DNA of 64,000 nt, taken from Octopus vulgaris (Eukaryota). This document shows positions 1-12,765 of this stretch, piece by piece; within the stretch, counting starts at the first letter, position 1; each line of letters opens with the position of its first letter. Made by a program: the position numbers and the translations under genes. A model generated the notes under the pieces. The model saw only the letters and a program-made list of their open reading frames with translations, searched no databases and had not been told where the DNA came from. The stretch is taken from NCBI GenBank assembly GCA_951406725.2, contig OX597814.1, forward strand, positions 121,706,001 to 121,770,000, given 5' to 3'.

Positions 1-1749
1 CCGTGAATTGGCAGAAAGTTTAGTTATTTCTTAGATATTTTTCCGCCTCTTTACGAGTTGAGTTCAAATCCCATCCCGGTTAACTCTGTCCTTCACTCTT
101 CCGATTACAATACAATAAAGCACTAGCTGTGCGTGGGGTAAGTATCTTAAAATTCCCTGCCTTTGTCTAAATTAGGAATAATTATTTAACCCCATATCAG
201 CCCCATTTAAACAGAACTGTGCTTGGACGTATTTTTAACGTGAACATCTTTTGCCTTTTTTTTTTTTTGTATTTCTAAAATCTTGTATTTCTATAATTTC
301 ATTATTTGATACGACCGTACCTTTTGTGTGTTATTTTGAAGAAATTTGATTCTTAATTCTATCATGACAAAGAACCACATATTGGTTCCATCGTTGGAAT
401 TCACAAAAGCTAATTATCAGCGGGAACGTTGTGTAGAATCGACTGAAGCGATCGTACTACAATATCTGATGCCTACCTATCTTAAACTCGAGTGAAAAGT
501 GAAAGTTTGTCCTACTAGAATTCCTACTGAGAAATTTATGTGAGCAAAACTACGCATGTGATGCAGGCTCACCGTTAAAATTCTTCTTTTCCGGTATCAA
601 CTATTACCGCATATCTCTTTATAAAACGTACCACATTCGTAAGAGATAGAATTTAACTGATTAAAGCGTTTCCTGAGTCTAACTCAGTGAAAAATGTCTA
701 CCTTGAGAGGAGGAATGGCGGAGTCATCTTCAGTGTGTTGAGATATCATAAATTAGACACCTAACATAAACAGTTTGTTTGCTGAATAACGTTTTCACAT
801 TTCTGTTTTGCTTGTGTAGCTGTAACCGCAAAAGTTATGTGTAACTTAATAACATTGAAGATTACATAATGTACGTCAGTTTTTAATTCATATCTAATTA
901 CCTTTAATTTGGATTTATATTTAAAGATGTCACGTAAAAAGTATAAATTATTCACTACGAAGCATTACTCTGTTAAAAAGAAAATATATTCCATTTTTAC
1001 AAGGATTAAAATATTCGAAAGTAATTTTAAATAAGTGACTTGCTGTCTATTTAATCCGAAGAGTTTATGTTAATTTAACTATAACGAAGTTCATTATACA
1101 ACACATAATGATTCTTTATTTCCATTTAGAAACGTCACTTTGGTTAGGGCTGATTTGATATTCAAACGAGCATCTAGGACTTCAGGACTGAAGTAGCCGT
1201 TACATTTAGATACCAATTTATTTCTTTTTTATAATTTAAGCTTCAATTTTATGGTAATTACAGTATCGTATTTATATGAAAATTTAATCACAGATATATT
1301 TTTGATCGACGCTTGCATTATTTTACTGTAGACGGTATTTTTGCTGAATCATATCTCTTTGCACTGAATACGTGTCTATATATAAATTAGTACATTCTCT
1401 TTACGCAGATGCCCAGCGTACATTTAATTTTTCTTTCACTGTTATATATGCTCTGAACTTCATCGAGCAACGGTAAAGTATTTGCAACCCAAAATTTACC
1501 CCTCCCTTGACGAAAGAAAACATTGTTTTCAGCGATATGGGAAACTGTCATATAGTACTGCTATGGGAAATGTTGTGTTAATATCCTAGATTTAAGATCA
1601 CACAGCTTATTAATGGGAACAGCGATTTTTAATCGGCTCAATCCTAACAAACAGCTCCCGTTTTCCCTCCATTTCTCATTCTTTGATAAAGGATAAGGCC
1701 TTCGATTCTAGACTCCTATCGACAATTGACGTTTACGTATTTTCAAGGG

Positions 1750-2040
1750 CGATTGAAATGCAGTGGTATGGGCATATGTTGAGGAGGGATGAGGAGCATG
1801 TTCTGAAGGGAGTGCTAGAGTATGCGGTAAATGGACAGCGAAAGAAAGGTAGATCGAGGAAAATGTGGAGAGGCAGGTGAAGAAAGAGGTTGGGAGGGTT
1901 GACTTGAGAAAGGAGGACGCCCAAAACCGGGCAAGATGACGAGATGGTGTGAGGGCGGTTGCTACGGCATTGAGGTATTTAAGCCACCATCATTAACGGG
2001 AAGAAAACCCAAATTTAAAATGATGGATGATGATGATGAA
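1750..2040 (+). mobile_element. RTE-type LINE 3' end
   Basis: QWYGHMLRRDEEHVLKGVLEYAVNGQRKKGRSRKMW matches the RTE C-terminal W-x-GH...G-x-R-x-x-GRP...W pattern; ends in a (GAT)n tail. Confidence 0.8.
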
Positions 2041-2568
2041 TATTGACTGATCGTCACGGATCAGGATAATGCTAATTTTCTCAGTTACTTTGCTTTCAGA
2101 ACTAATTTTTTTCTAATTAGGACTAACTGAACGTTAATATCATGTAGGTTACGGAGCCAATTTAACGAGCATTTTTTACCATCTCAAATTAGTCCTTTCT
2201 CCAAAGCTTATGCTTTGGCAGGTTGATAGATTTCTGCATATATTAATCGATTATTATGTTACTAGTTCAAAATCGAAATGCATAAATAAGGAAAGTATAT
2301 AATTTACACTTGGAATTCGAAACTCACTGTGCTGAGCACAGGCGTAGCTAGTGGGGCCGGTAGGGGCGGTACCTTTGGCGATACTTTTGGGTTTGCTGTT
2401 GGCAATATGTGTTTTTTATGGGTCCTAGGAAATGGAAGGGCCGCCCAGGGCGGCACACACTCTTACTACGCGAGTGCTGTGCTCCATCGTATTCGATCTC
2501 GTCCCTGTAAATTACTGGACTCATTATCGATATCATTTTAGTTTCAATGACTACCTCTCTCTGTCTCC

Positions 2569-2599
<31 letters not shown>

Positions 2600-3222
2600 A
2601 ATCACACTTTCACTGTCCTCACTCTCCCCTTTATCTTATTTTTCCTTCTCTTGTTCCTTTATTCGCTTGTTCCATCTTTACAAAACTAGCTTTTACTTAA
2701 TGCAAGTGAAATTATACGGGTACTATATATATATATATATATATAGATACTACCTGTTTACCAGTGATATTTATATGATATATATTTATATATGTATGTA
2801 TATATGTATGTATCCTTGTTTTCCAAAAATTTCCTATTTTACTCACGTAAGAAGCTATTGTTTCGAATATTCTAATATATTTCCCCTAATTTGCCGGAAA
2901 ACAAGGAGGAAATTGATAGACCGCAATTTCAGCACTCCCTCACATTCCTCCGCATACGCCACGTCCTAACCTAAACCTGTCGAATTTCGATCTGCTTGTT
3001 AAGAAAGTAATCAGTTGAGTGAAAGCTATCAAGCGGAGATTGGAAATTTTACGATGCGGATGAAGAATTAGAAAATAAATTGTCAAACATGAGAAAAAAA
3101 AAAAAATTAAATATTCGAAGAATAAAAGGAAGGAAAATAAAATGGAGAATTGAGCAAGAAAGTAGAAATTTAGTTCAGACATTTTTTTTTTTTTAATGTG
3201 AGAGCGAAATGGAGATGTAGTG

Positions 3223-3552
3223 AAGATGATGATGATCATGATGATGATGATGATCATGATCATGATCATGATGATGATCATGATCATGATCATGATCATG
3301 ATCATGACGGCGACGATGGTAACAATGATGATTGTTAAAGATGATGGTGATGATGATGATGATAATGATGATGGTGGTCGATGGTGGTGGTGACGACGGT
3401 GACGACGAGGACAATGATATTACAGGTAAAAGAATAAAAATAGTGATTACAACTCAACCACCACCACCGACAACAACAACAACAACAACACCAACACTGG
3501 CAACAATAACAACAACAACAACAACGATATCAACAATAACAACGATAACAAG
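3223..3552. repeat. Compound (GAT)n/(GATCAT)n/(ACA)n microsatellite
   Basis: Directly visible in the sequence. Confidence 0.9.
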
Positions 3553-3812
3553 GACGTAATGAATGAAAATAACAACAAGCAAGATTAAAACGAAATAGAA
3601 AATGTAAGACGAGGGGGAAAATAAAAAAAGGGGGGCAAATGGAAGAATCTAAAAGTAAAAACAAAAAGCACAATAAACAGGTAGAATAATAAAATGAATG
3701 ACAACCAGCTACAAGAGCAATAGATAATCGTTGAAACTCAACGAAAATTGAGATTTTCATACTAGAATTGGTAATTTTTGATATGATCCATCAAAAGTCA
3801 TTGGCTCTACCA

Positions 3813-4354
3813 TAAAACTGAAATCCTTCTAATGCTGCAGCTACTACTACTACTACTACTACTACTGCTGCTGCTGCTGTTCCTACTACTACTAGTACTA
3901 CTACCATCACTGCTGCTCCTCCTCCTCCTACTACTACTACTTGTACTACTACTAATACCGCTGCTACTACTAGTAGTAGTAGTAATGGTGGTGATGGTGG
4001 TGGTACAATAAAACTGAAATCCTTCAACTGCTGCAGCTACAACTACTACTACCACTACTGCTGCTGTTCCGACTACTAGTACTACTACCACTACTACTGC
4101 TGCTCCTCTTCCTACTACTACTACTACTACTAGTAGTAGTAGTGGTGGTGGTGGTGGTGATGGTGGTGGTACAGTAAAACTGAAATCCTTCTACTGCTGC
4201 AGCTACTACTACTACTACTACCACTACTGCTGCTGTTCCGACTACTACTAGTACTACTACCACTACTGCTGCTGCTTCTCCTACTACCACTACTACTGCT
4301 GCTGCTGCTGTGGTTCTGACTACTAGTACTACTATCACTACTACTGCTGCTCCT

Positions 4355-4391
<37 letters not shown>

Positions 4392-4710
4392 TTCCGACTA
4401 CTAGTACTACTATCACTACTACTGCTGCTCCTCTTCCTACTACTGCTACTACTGCTGCTGCTACTACTACTACTACTAGTATTAGTAGTAGTAGTAGTGG
4501 TGATGGTGGTGGTGGTACAGTAAAACTGAAATCCTTCTACTGCTGCAGCTACTACTACTACCACTACCTATACTGCTGCTGTTCCGACTACTACTAGTAC
4601 TACTACCACTACTGCTGCTGCTTCTCCTACTACTACTACTTGTACTACAGCTACTGCTGCTGCTGCTACTAGTAGTAGTAGTGCTGGTGGTGCTGGTGGT
4701 GATGGCGTTT
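3813..4710. repeat. Higher-order tandem repeat built from trinucleotide microsatellites
   Basis: Anchor taaaactgaaatccttc at 3813, 4009, 4175 and 4521, each followed by (CTA)n/(CTG)n and then (TAG)n/(TGG)n tracts. Confidence 0.9.
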
Positions 4711-6179
4711 GATAGAAATGACATTCGCTTAACTCCTCAAGGAATTCAGCTTTCCGGTATAAATGTGGACGAGAGAGTCTTCTTTTAAATGTTACAAGAA
4801 TTAAATGTTCTTCACAGAATAATTTAAGTTTCATACTAAACAGGCAGTCAGAGAGATAAGCAGTCAAAGAGACAAACAGACTGACAAACAGGTTGGCAGA
4901 CAGGCTGACAGCCAGACAAACAGGACAAAGAGACAGAGAGATAAGCAGCAAAGAGAAGAAATTGGTTATTCCAACACATCCTCTAACTCCGACGCCACCA
5001 CCATCACCACCACCACCTCCACTTTCTCCTCCTCATCATTCATATTCGTCTTTATTCTTATTCTCAGTCTCACTCTCTCTCTCCCCTTCTCTCCCTTTCT
5101 CTCTTACTTCTCTCTCCCTATTCCTCCACTTCGAACATTGCCAACTCCACACCCAATATTGTAATCCTCGCCGCCGCCATCAACGCCAACAACTCTACTT
5201 ACACACAGCACCTTTTACACCTTAAAGACTGACAGACAGACAGACAAACAGGTAGGCAAACAGACAGAAAGACAGATAGATAGATAAATAAGTGAGAGAC
5301 CGACGCTCAAACAGACTGATAGATTTGAATATATTGTCAAGATTAATTAAATGTATTTCAGTATTTTCTTCCTATTGTTAATTAATTAACCATTGAAAGA
5401 TGGCGAAGTACCCATGAACTTTGTACGTCTTCCTGAATCAGGGTGATTAATGCCGTTGCTAATCAGTTTGGTTATATACATGTTGGAGATTTGCTTATAA
5501 AACGTGGGCACTAAGTAACACTGGAACGTTGCAGTGTTAGGAAGTAGACGATCTATTATGTGAACAATAAGACAGTTGTACTGAATCGGCTTTGATGTAG
5601 CGTGATGTTCTCTATTGCAGAAATGATGATGACTTTGCGGCACTGATAGAAGAAACGGAGAGAAAAGATACCCCATATCTGTAAGCCAGTTACTGGGTGT
5701 AATGTTAAGTGAATCTTTGCCAATAAACTTAGATAAGCTTAGATATGTTTTGGCCAAAATTGGCCAAGGCTATATCGAACTTTATAGTTGTATATGATAG
5801 AATTTGTTAAGTCATATTTAAGTGGAGTTTTGTGAAACTTCTAAAGGAGGAAACTGTTCGATAACGTGCTTTCGTAGAAAATTAGGAGCTGATAAGTGTT
5901 GAAATATTTACTGATTCATAATGAAGAATCTAGCCTTTGAGCTCTAGTTGCGTATTTGATGCTGGTATACAATATACATAAAGTCTTGCATGTGTTAAAT
6001 GTTCCTGTGCCAACATGTGAATTTATCAGATTTGTTTTAAGGTCTAGAAATTCTTGCGATATTTATCTTTTCTTTACTTCACTCTCTCTCCTCGTACACA
6101 CACGCACACACACACTCACACATATACATATGTATTTACATTATGTATGTGTGTATGTCTGTATACATGTATATATATT

Positions 6180-6214
<35 letters not shown>

Positions 6215-6848
6215 CTGTGAATGTATGTATACATATATAGATCTGTGAGTGTATGTATGTATGAGTATATGTGTGTATATATGTATTATGTATTATGTAT
6301 CTAGTTATGTATCTATGTATGCATGTATGTGCGTTTATGTATATGTACGCCGCAAATAGATTATATGTATGTTATGATTAATTACAATCTAATATGTTAA
6401 CTATAATAATTCCTATTACTAATTCTTAACAAAACAAGAACTATCCATACAGTCATAAGCAATCCGTAGATGTTATACTCATTCGTTGTTATAGTTGCTA
6501 TTGATCCCTTTGCCAGCCCCATTTACGTAAGTCTCTGATCAATACCCTTTCTTTGTTTGCTAGATAGAGCACAGTAAGTTATATCCTAATGTTTTGCTGT
6601 TGCTTTTTAAGACAAAATGAGGTGATTTAGAATTTAAAGTCATACCCTGGTCACTGTCCTTTCATCATATTTCCGGACACAATTTTATTTACTTCAAATC
6701 CTCTTCCACTTCTGGAAAAGCTAAGCTCTTCTTTACTACGACCGTGAACGTAAAATCGTTGTTCGCACTTATCTCTAATGAAAACTACCTCTTACACAAA
6801 AGATTTTATTCATGATCATATCACGCGTGAACTCAAATCACACTACAC

Positions 6849-8151
6849 GGATCTTTTCTATTCTGAAGCCAGGACCACAGATCTTTCTACTTAACTAAAT
6901 AATCTGAAACTTCGTATGCTGATAGAGTCTAGCAAAACAAGACACAGGTTGGAACTAGTTTATTTGAGAAAAATCTATTTTATGACTTTAATCGTAGATT
7001 AAAACTGCGAATTTTAACCAATCAGATTGTTTGTTTTCATGTGTAAAACTTGACTGCATTCTATTAGTGTGACGTAGAAAGCGCTTTTGTGACGTACTAA
7101 CGTTCGGAAAACTGTAAACAAACACGGCAGACGAAATACGGCTACGCATTTCGCCCGGCGTGCTAACGTTTCTGCCAGCTCTTTGCTTTTTTAATATTAA
7201 ATTTCGGCGAAGTTTCGCTTGTCGTAGCACAAGTTTTCCGTCGATTTCCGTAAAAAACTTTTATTTTTTTACATAAGTAATGAGAGCGAAAGAGACTAAG
7301 AGGAAGAGATTTTATGACGAGGGAAGTTTGTCTTTGAAGTTACCGTCTAGGGGAAGCATTGATGTACATGTGTGTGTGTGTGTGTGTTTGATGGGGTGTG
7401 GGAGACAGTATGTTGTGTAAGTGAAGTGCTTCTGTTAGTGTGTGTGAAGAGACAGAGAGAGTAATGTGTGAAAGAGAGAGATAACTGAAATTTTTACTCG
7501 GTGTATGTGTATATGTATGTCTGCATGTATGTGTGTGTGTGTATGTATCTATGTATGTATGGCCGATTCATCGTAATTACGATGAATCGGCCATACATAC
7601 ATACACACACACACATACATACACACACACACATACTTACACATACATACACACACACATACATGCAGACATACATATACACATACACCGAGTAAAAAAT
7701 TTCAGTTATCTCTCTCTTTCACACATTACTCTCTCTGTCTCTTCACACACACTAACAGAAGCACTTCACTTACACAACATACTGTCTCCCACACCCCATC
7801 AACACACACACACACACACATGTACATCAATGCTTCCCCTAGACGGTAACTTCAAAGACAAACTTTTGTTATTAGAAGGTGGCTGACTATAGCTTGTTTA
7901 CATTTAAGATGTCTAATACGTCACGAAATTGGTGGTCGAGACGGAGTAAATAAAATAAAGCCGAATGACGGAATATCATTGGTTAAAATTCTAATTATTA
8001 AACAACGTTAAACTTAGAAGTTACAATTCCGTTTTCATTCTGGTTTACAATTAAGTTTACTTTTGACACATTCTACCAGTATACGAAGTTTCAAATTGTT
8101 TGGTTCAGTAGGAAAAATTTGAAAAAACTGGCTTCAGAATAGAAAAGATCC
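6849..8151. mobile_element. Non-autonomous TIR DNA transposon with 8-bp TSD and a central palindrome
   Basis: TIR GGATCTTTTCTATTCTGAAGCCAG at both ends; TSD CACTACAC at 6841-6848 and 8152-8159; spacerless internal palindrome 7324-7865 centred at 7576/7577. Confidence 0.85.
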
Positions 8152-8664
8152 CACTACACTTGTCCGACTCCCTGAATTCGACTTAAACTGTTTCTCCTTT
8201 CCAAGAGATGTTTACTTAGAATTTCGTGGACTAGCTATGAACGCTAAGAAAGTTTCCAGTTATACCAACTTGTTAGTGGCCCACATTGTTGCGTGGGCTT
8301 TATGGCCTGTTCATTGATGGCTACGTGGGACCACTACATTCAACAAAAATCAACTCTCTTTTCATATCCTTTATGAACAATGTCCATCCGATATTTTAAT
8401 TCATCTTCACTATATCTGATATTGCCATTACGTACCCGGACATTTCTCTCGCTGTAAACAATATCCACCTCTCCGTATTAGTTTCCTACAAATCTACTTC
8501 GATTTCCCCTCATCTTATCGCATTCACACTAAATTTGCACACACACCTCATAATTATTTCTTCTTTACCGTCACTGTTGTAAACGTCCCCTATCCCTTTC
8601 ATCACCCCACGTCCAATTACATTCACTGTCCTCTCCCTTTCCTCTAGTTTTCACTCTTCTTTCT

Positions 8665-9022
8665 TTCTTTTACTTGTTTCAGTCATTTGACCGCCTTTAG
8701 TCGAGCAAAGCGACACCAGGACTTACACTTTGTAAGCCTAGTACTTATTCTATCGGTCTCTTTTGCCGAACCGCTAAGTTACGGGGACGTAAACAAACCA
8801 GCATCGGTTGTCAAGCGATGTTGGGGGACAAACACAGAAACACAAACACACACACATATATATATACATATACCTTTATACGACGGGCTTCTTTCAGTTT
8901 CCATCAACCAAATCCACTCACAAGTCTTTGGTCGGCTCGATGCTATAGTAGAAGATACTTTCCCAAAGTGCCACGCAGTGGAAGCCTGAACCGGAACCAT
9001 GTGGTTCGTAAGCAAGCTCCCC
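8665..9022 (-). mobile_element. tRNA-derived SINE, family A (central TA/TG microsatellite)
   Basis: Reverse complement of the 29412-29792 family. Confidence 0.8.
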
Positions 9023-9227
9023 AATATCAGCTTCAATTATTTTCTTTCTTAATGTGTAGCATTTAATGAAACGCTGGACTTTCACTCCTCGCTACAAGCT
9101 AACTCATTTTAGTTATTTTATCTTAGAACTTGTAATCATTATTTCACCTTATCAAAACTCACAGGAACTGGTGAATAAATAAATATTTCTTGCGAGCTTT
9201 ATAAAAAAAAGTAAGAAAGAAACTTAC

Positions 9228-9426
9228 CTGGAAAAATTCTTCTGTTGAGCCAGATTTGATTGTCCCATACTGAATTTTTTTCTGTTCGACCAAATCTTTG
9301 GCAGAATTAATTGGAGGAAGAAGTCGCTCAATGGTGAGGAAAGCCGCTAAATTAGCGGTGTAAGATGAAATAATGATCAATGTAAAAAACCACCATCCAG
9401 TACCGACTATCCGCCCGGATATGGAC
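9228..9426 (-). CDS. iGluR exon, M3 gate and start of S2
   Basis: 199 nt, tttcag|G TCC...CAG|gtaagt. Reads [66 protein letters not shown], with the SYTANLAAF hallmark. Confidence 0.98.
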
Positions 9427-9746
9427 CTGAAAGTATAATAAATAGAAAACAAAATATTAAAACCTAGTTAGCTGAATATCAGCTATCAGTAATTTTCTTT
9501 TTACCTGATAGTAAAGTTCATACTTGTCAAGTTAACTTCAGTATGATGATCAAAGAATTGGTTGAAGCAAATTATATCGTGACTAGTTTCCGAATATATT
9601 ACAAAATACCTTGAGGTAACAATACCTTACTTGTAGACTTACAGTTCTTTGTATACTGCTTACACTATATACGTTTGCATAGACACACACAGACAGACAC
9701 ACTCATGCATGCACGCACATACAGGTATACATACACACAGAAGGAA

Positions 9747-9802
<56 letters not shown>

Positions 9803-9808
<6 letters not shown>

Positions 9809-10673
9809 GTTAAAAAAACACAAACTGGGACAAGAACGTGAAACATTTTGAAGACGACAAAAAAACACACAGACGGGACTTTCGAAGCTCTCAGTCATCA
9901 GTCAAGAACCAGATCATCTTCGCAATTTCGGCTGATTAATCTTGAGATTGCTCCAATCTGGGCAGCCCGCCAAGGGAAATCTAAGCCAATCGCATTAGAT
10001 TCCTTGGAAGAAAACCTCGAAAGTATACAACACGGTGACGGAAAAACGGACGATGTTACTCGAAAAAAATTCAAAAATACGTAAAAACAATAACGATAGC
10101 ACGGATAAGAATACAAAATAACGTAAAAACAATAATGACAAAACCAGGACGTCAGGACAAGCGTCTTTCGACAGGACGAGTTGAGTATAGGCTGGCTGTG
10201 GAACAAGTGCCTGAAGGCAAACGGAGCACAAACAAATATGTGTTGTCACCCTGACTACTTGATGCGAAAAGGCAGTAGTAGCTGGCTGGTCACGTGAGCA
10301 CAAAAAGGAGAAAGGGACAGATGAAGAGAGAAGCAAGAGAGGGAAAGGGACAGGTCAAGTGGGGTATAAGGTCTGAGAGGCAGAGAAATGTGGGAGAGGA
10401 GGGACGGAGGAAGAGAGAAAGAAAGAAGGGGAACAAGGGAGGAGAAGAAAAAGAGGGAAAGAGACAGAACAAGGGGAGTGCAAAGGGTGAAGGCAGAGAA
10501 AAGTAGGAGAGGGGGGGAAAAGAGACAGTGTAGTCGAGTCGTACCAATGTTAGAGAGTAATATACTTACAGTATAGGGTCAAAAGGTAGGATACGTAGCC
10601 GCCGTGTATATATGTAAACGTTAAAAAAACACAAACGGGGACAAGAACGTGAAACATTTTGAAGACGACAAAA
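9803..10673. mobile_element. Partial-tandem non-coding element inserted in (TA)n
   Basis: A ~60-bp direct repeat gtaaacgttaaaaaaacacaaac...gaagacgacaaaa at 9803-9862 and 10614-10673; TA tracts on both sides; no coding similarity recognised. Confidence 0.55.
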
Positions 10674-10682
10674 TATATATAT

Positions 10683-10833
10683 ATCTGTGACTTCTTCAGT
10701 GACACTTTTCGTTTTCGTGTGTGTTCTTGCTCCACGTACTCGATTCTCTGAGAATGGAGTAAGTGAAGCAAAAATACACACGAAAACAGAAAGTTGCTGA
10801 AGAAGTCACAGATGTGTGACGACAGATTACCGG

Positions 10834-10837
<4 letters not shown>
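10683..10837. mobile_element. Small fold-back element in (TA)n with a degenerate hammerhead
   Basis: Imperfect arms 10683-10748 and 10750-10813 plus a short right tail. CUGAAGA-A-GUCACA(GAUG)UGUGAC-GACA at 10797-10824. Confidence 0.55.
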
Positions 10838-10890
<53 letters not shown>

Positions 10891-10934
10891 CATATATATA
10901 TGTGAGTGCGCGCTCCTGTGTGCGAGTGTGTGTG

Positions 10935-11152
10935 AGTATGTGCGTGTCTTTGTCCCTGTCTCCCACCGCTGTTTCATAACCGGTGCTGATGTGATTATGC
11001 CCCCGTAACATAGCGGTTCGAAAAAAGGAATCGAAATAATAAGTACTTAAAAAATATAGGTAATGGGTCGATTCATTCGACTAAAAATTCTTCAAAGCGT
11101 TGCTCCTACATGGCCGCAGTCGCATGACTGAAACTAGGATCAGTTAAAAGAA
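10935..11152 (+). mobile_element. SINE family A, 3' half
   Basis: ccccgtaacatagcggttcg...gggtcgattcattcgactaaa...catggccgcagtc...tgactgaaac. Confidence 0.7.
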
Positions 11153-11859
11153 AAACATGACACTTTATATCAGAAGCACTTATGTAGTTAACTAACCCCT
11201 ATTTAGAACAGAGCAATGATATAAGAAAACCCTACCTTCAAAATCTTGAGCTTTACAATAACTGCATCATTTATTACAAATTTTAGTTGACTATCATTTT
11301 AGAGAGATTTAGCTGTTAATTCTTGCAAGTAAACCAACCAAACTAGGCACGAAGTAGTTTGTGGTGTTACCATGTGAAACAAAATATGGTACAGAATACG
11401 TGCAACAGTACATTCTTTTTTAATATAACATTATCTAATATCTAAGAGTAATGACTCATTCCAAATCATAGGAATTCACCTGTTCTTATATCATATAAAT
11501 TAATCGTGTTTTAGACTTGTTCATAAATGTGAATTATGAGACACAACGACTAGATTTCATTTAATATCAACGCAGAAATAAATATATTACAGAAACTATA
11601 TAAATATGCTATAGAAAAAAAAGCATATTCAAGTAACACACAAACTCACGCCCACGTACCTTTCTCATTAATAGAAATAGAAAATATGGAATCAGACATT
11701 TTAGGAAGGAACTTACTAGCTAGTATGAAAACACACAATTGCTATAATAAAATTCTGTGAATAGGGGAAACGAAGCCTATAGGTATGCATGGGTGTTAAT
11801 ACATATTTACGTATACATGTATACTTCTCTCTCTCTCTCTCTCTCCCATATATATATAG

Positions 11860-12028
<169 letters not shown>

Positions 12029-12396
12029 TACATAGATAAAACTTACTTGGAAAAGGATGCGTGGCGGTCGATCATATGATAATATAAATAATATATAAAT
12101 ATTATTTATATTATTATATATACACATACATACACACATACATACATACATACATACATACATACATACATACATACATACATACATACAGATTCATAAG
12201 CACACATACATATTTATGCATGTAGTGTGAGAGAGGAGGAAAGACGAGAATGATCCTATTTAGAGGCATAAAATGAGCGAAGAAACTGTATAAAACAGTA
12301 GTTTAGTTGTATCTTTAATAAATCAAGACAGACAATAACTTATTGCTTTTGGCGGGAGAAATAGAGTAAGAAAGATCGTAAATAATATAATCATAT

Positions 12397-12611
12397 TGGT
12401 TTCAAAATTAGGCACAAGGCCAGCCATTTTGATGGAGAGTGCAAATCGATTTCATTGACAGTAGCACTCAGTTGGTACATATTTAAACGACTCCGAAAGA
12501 ATGAAAGGCAAAATCAATCTCAACGGAATTTGAACTCAGAATGTGCAGACGGATGAGACGTCGCTAAGCATTTTTGCTGCAGTGTTAACGATTCGACCAG
12601 CTCGCTGCCTT
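12397..12611 (-). mobile_element. SINE family C (Nin/Deu-domain-like); further diverged copies near 1-180, 14810-14907, 39712-39845, 47679-47860 and 61060-61167
   Basis: Head ggcagcgagctggtcgaatcgttaac, B box gagttcaaattcc, then ttttgcctttcattctttcggagtcg...aaatatgtacc, resembling the Nin/Deu domain. Confidence 0.65.
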
Positions 12612-12665
12612 AGATATTATTATAATATCAATACTAATATAAAGGCAGAAAAGTGGCAGAAATTT

Positions 12666-12765
12666 NNNNNNNNNNNNNNNNNNNNNNNNNNNNNNNNNNN
12701 NNNNNNNNNNNNNNNNNNNNNNNNNNNNNNNNNNNNNNNNNNNNNNNNNNNNNNNNNNNNNNNNN
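12666..12765. other. Assembly gap (100 N)
   Basis: A run of exactly 100 N, so the true intron length is unknown. Confidence 0.99.

Noticed and set aside
2337-2476. GC-rich island with ends cacaggcgtagc / ctacgcgagtg as a MITE
   Set aside because: The TIR is short and imperfect and no clean TSD could be placed; plausible but unsupported.
3791-4724. Mucin-like Thr/Ser/Ala/Val-rich ORFs
   Set aside because: Translations of trinucleotide repeats, open in several frames on both strands, with no splice context.
5386-5757. 123-aa minus-strand ORF as the next iGluR exon
   Set aside because: No similarity to the expected S2 continuation (MW-x-(F/Y)M, EGV-x-RVR, YAFLLES, KPC); no such exon was found in 1-9227.
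9872-9910. CUGAUGA...GAAA on the minus strand as a hammerhead
   Set aside because: Stem II is poor, stem III cannot close and there is no stem I complementarity.
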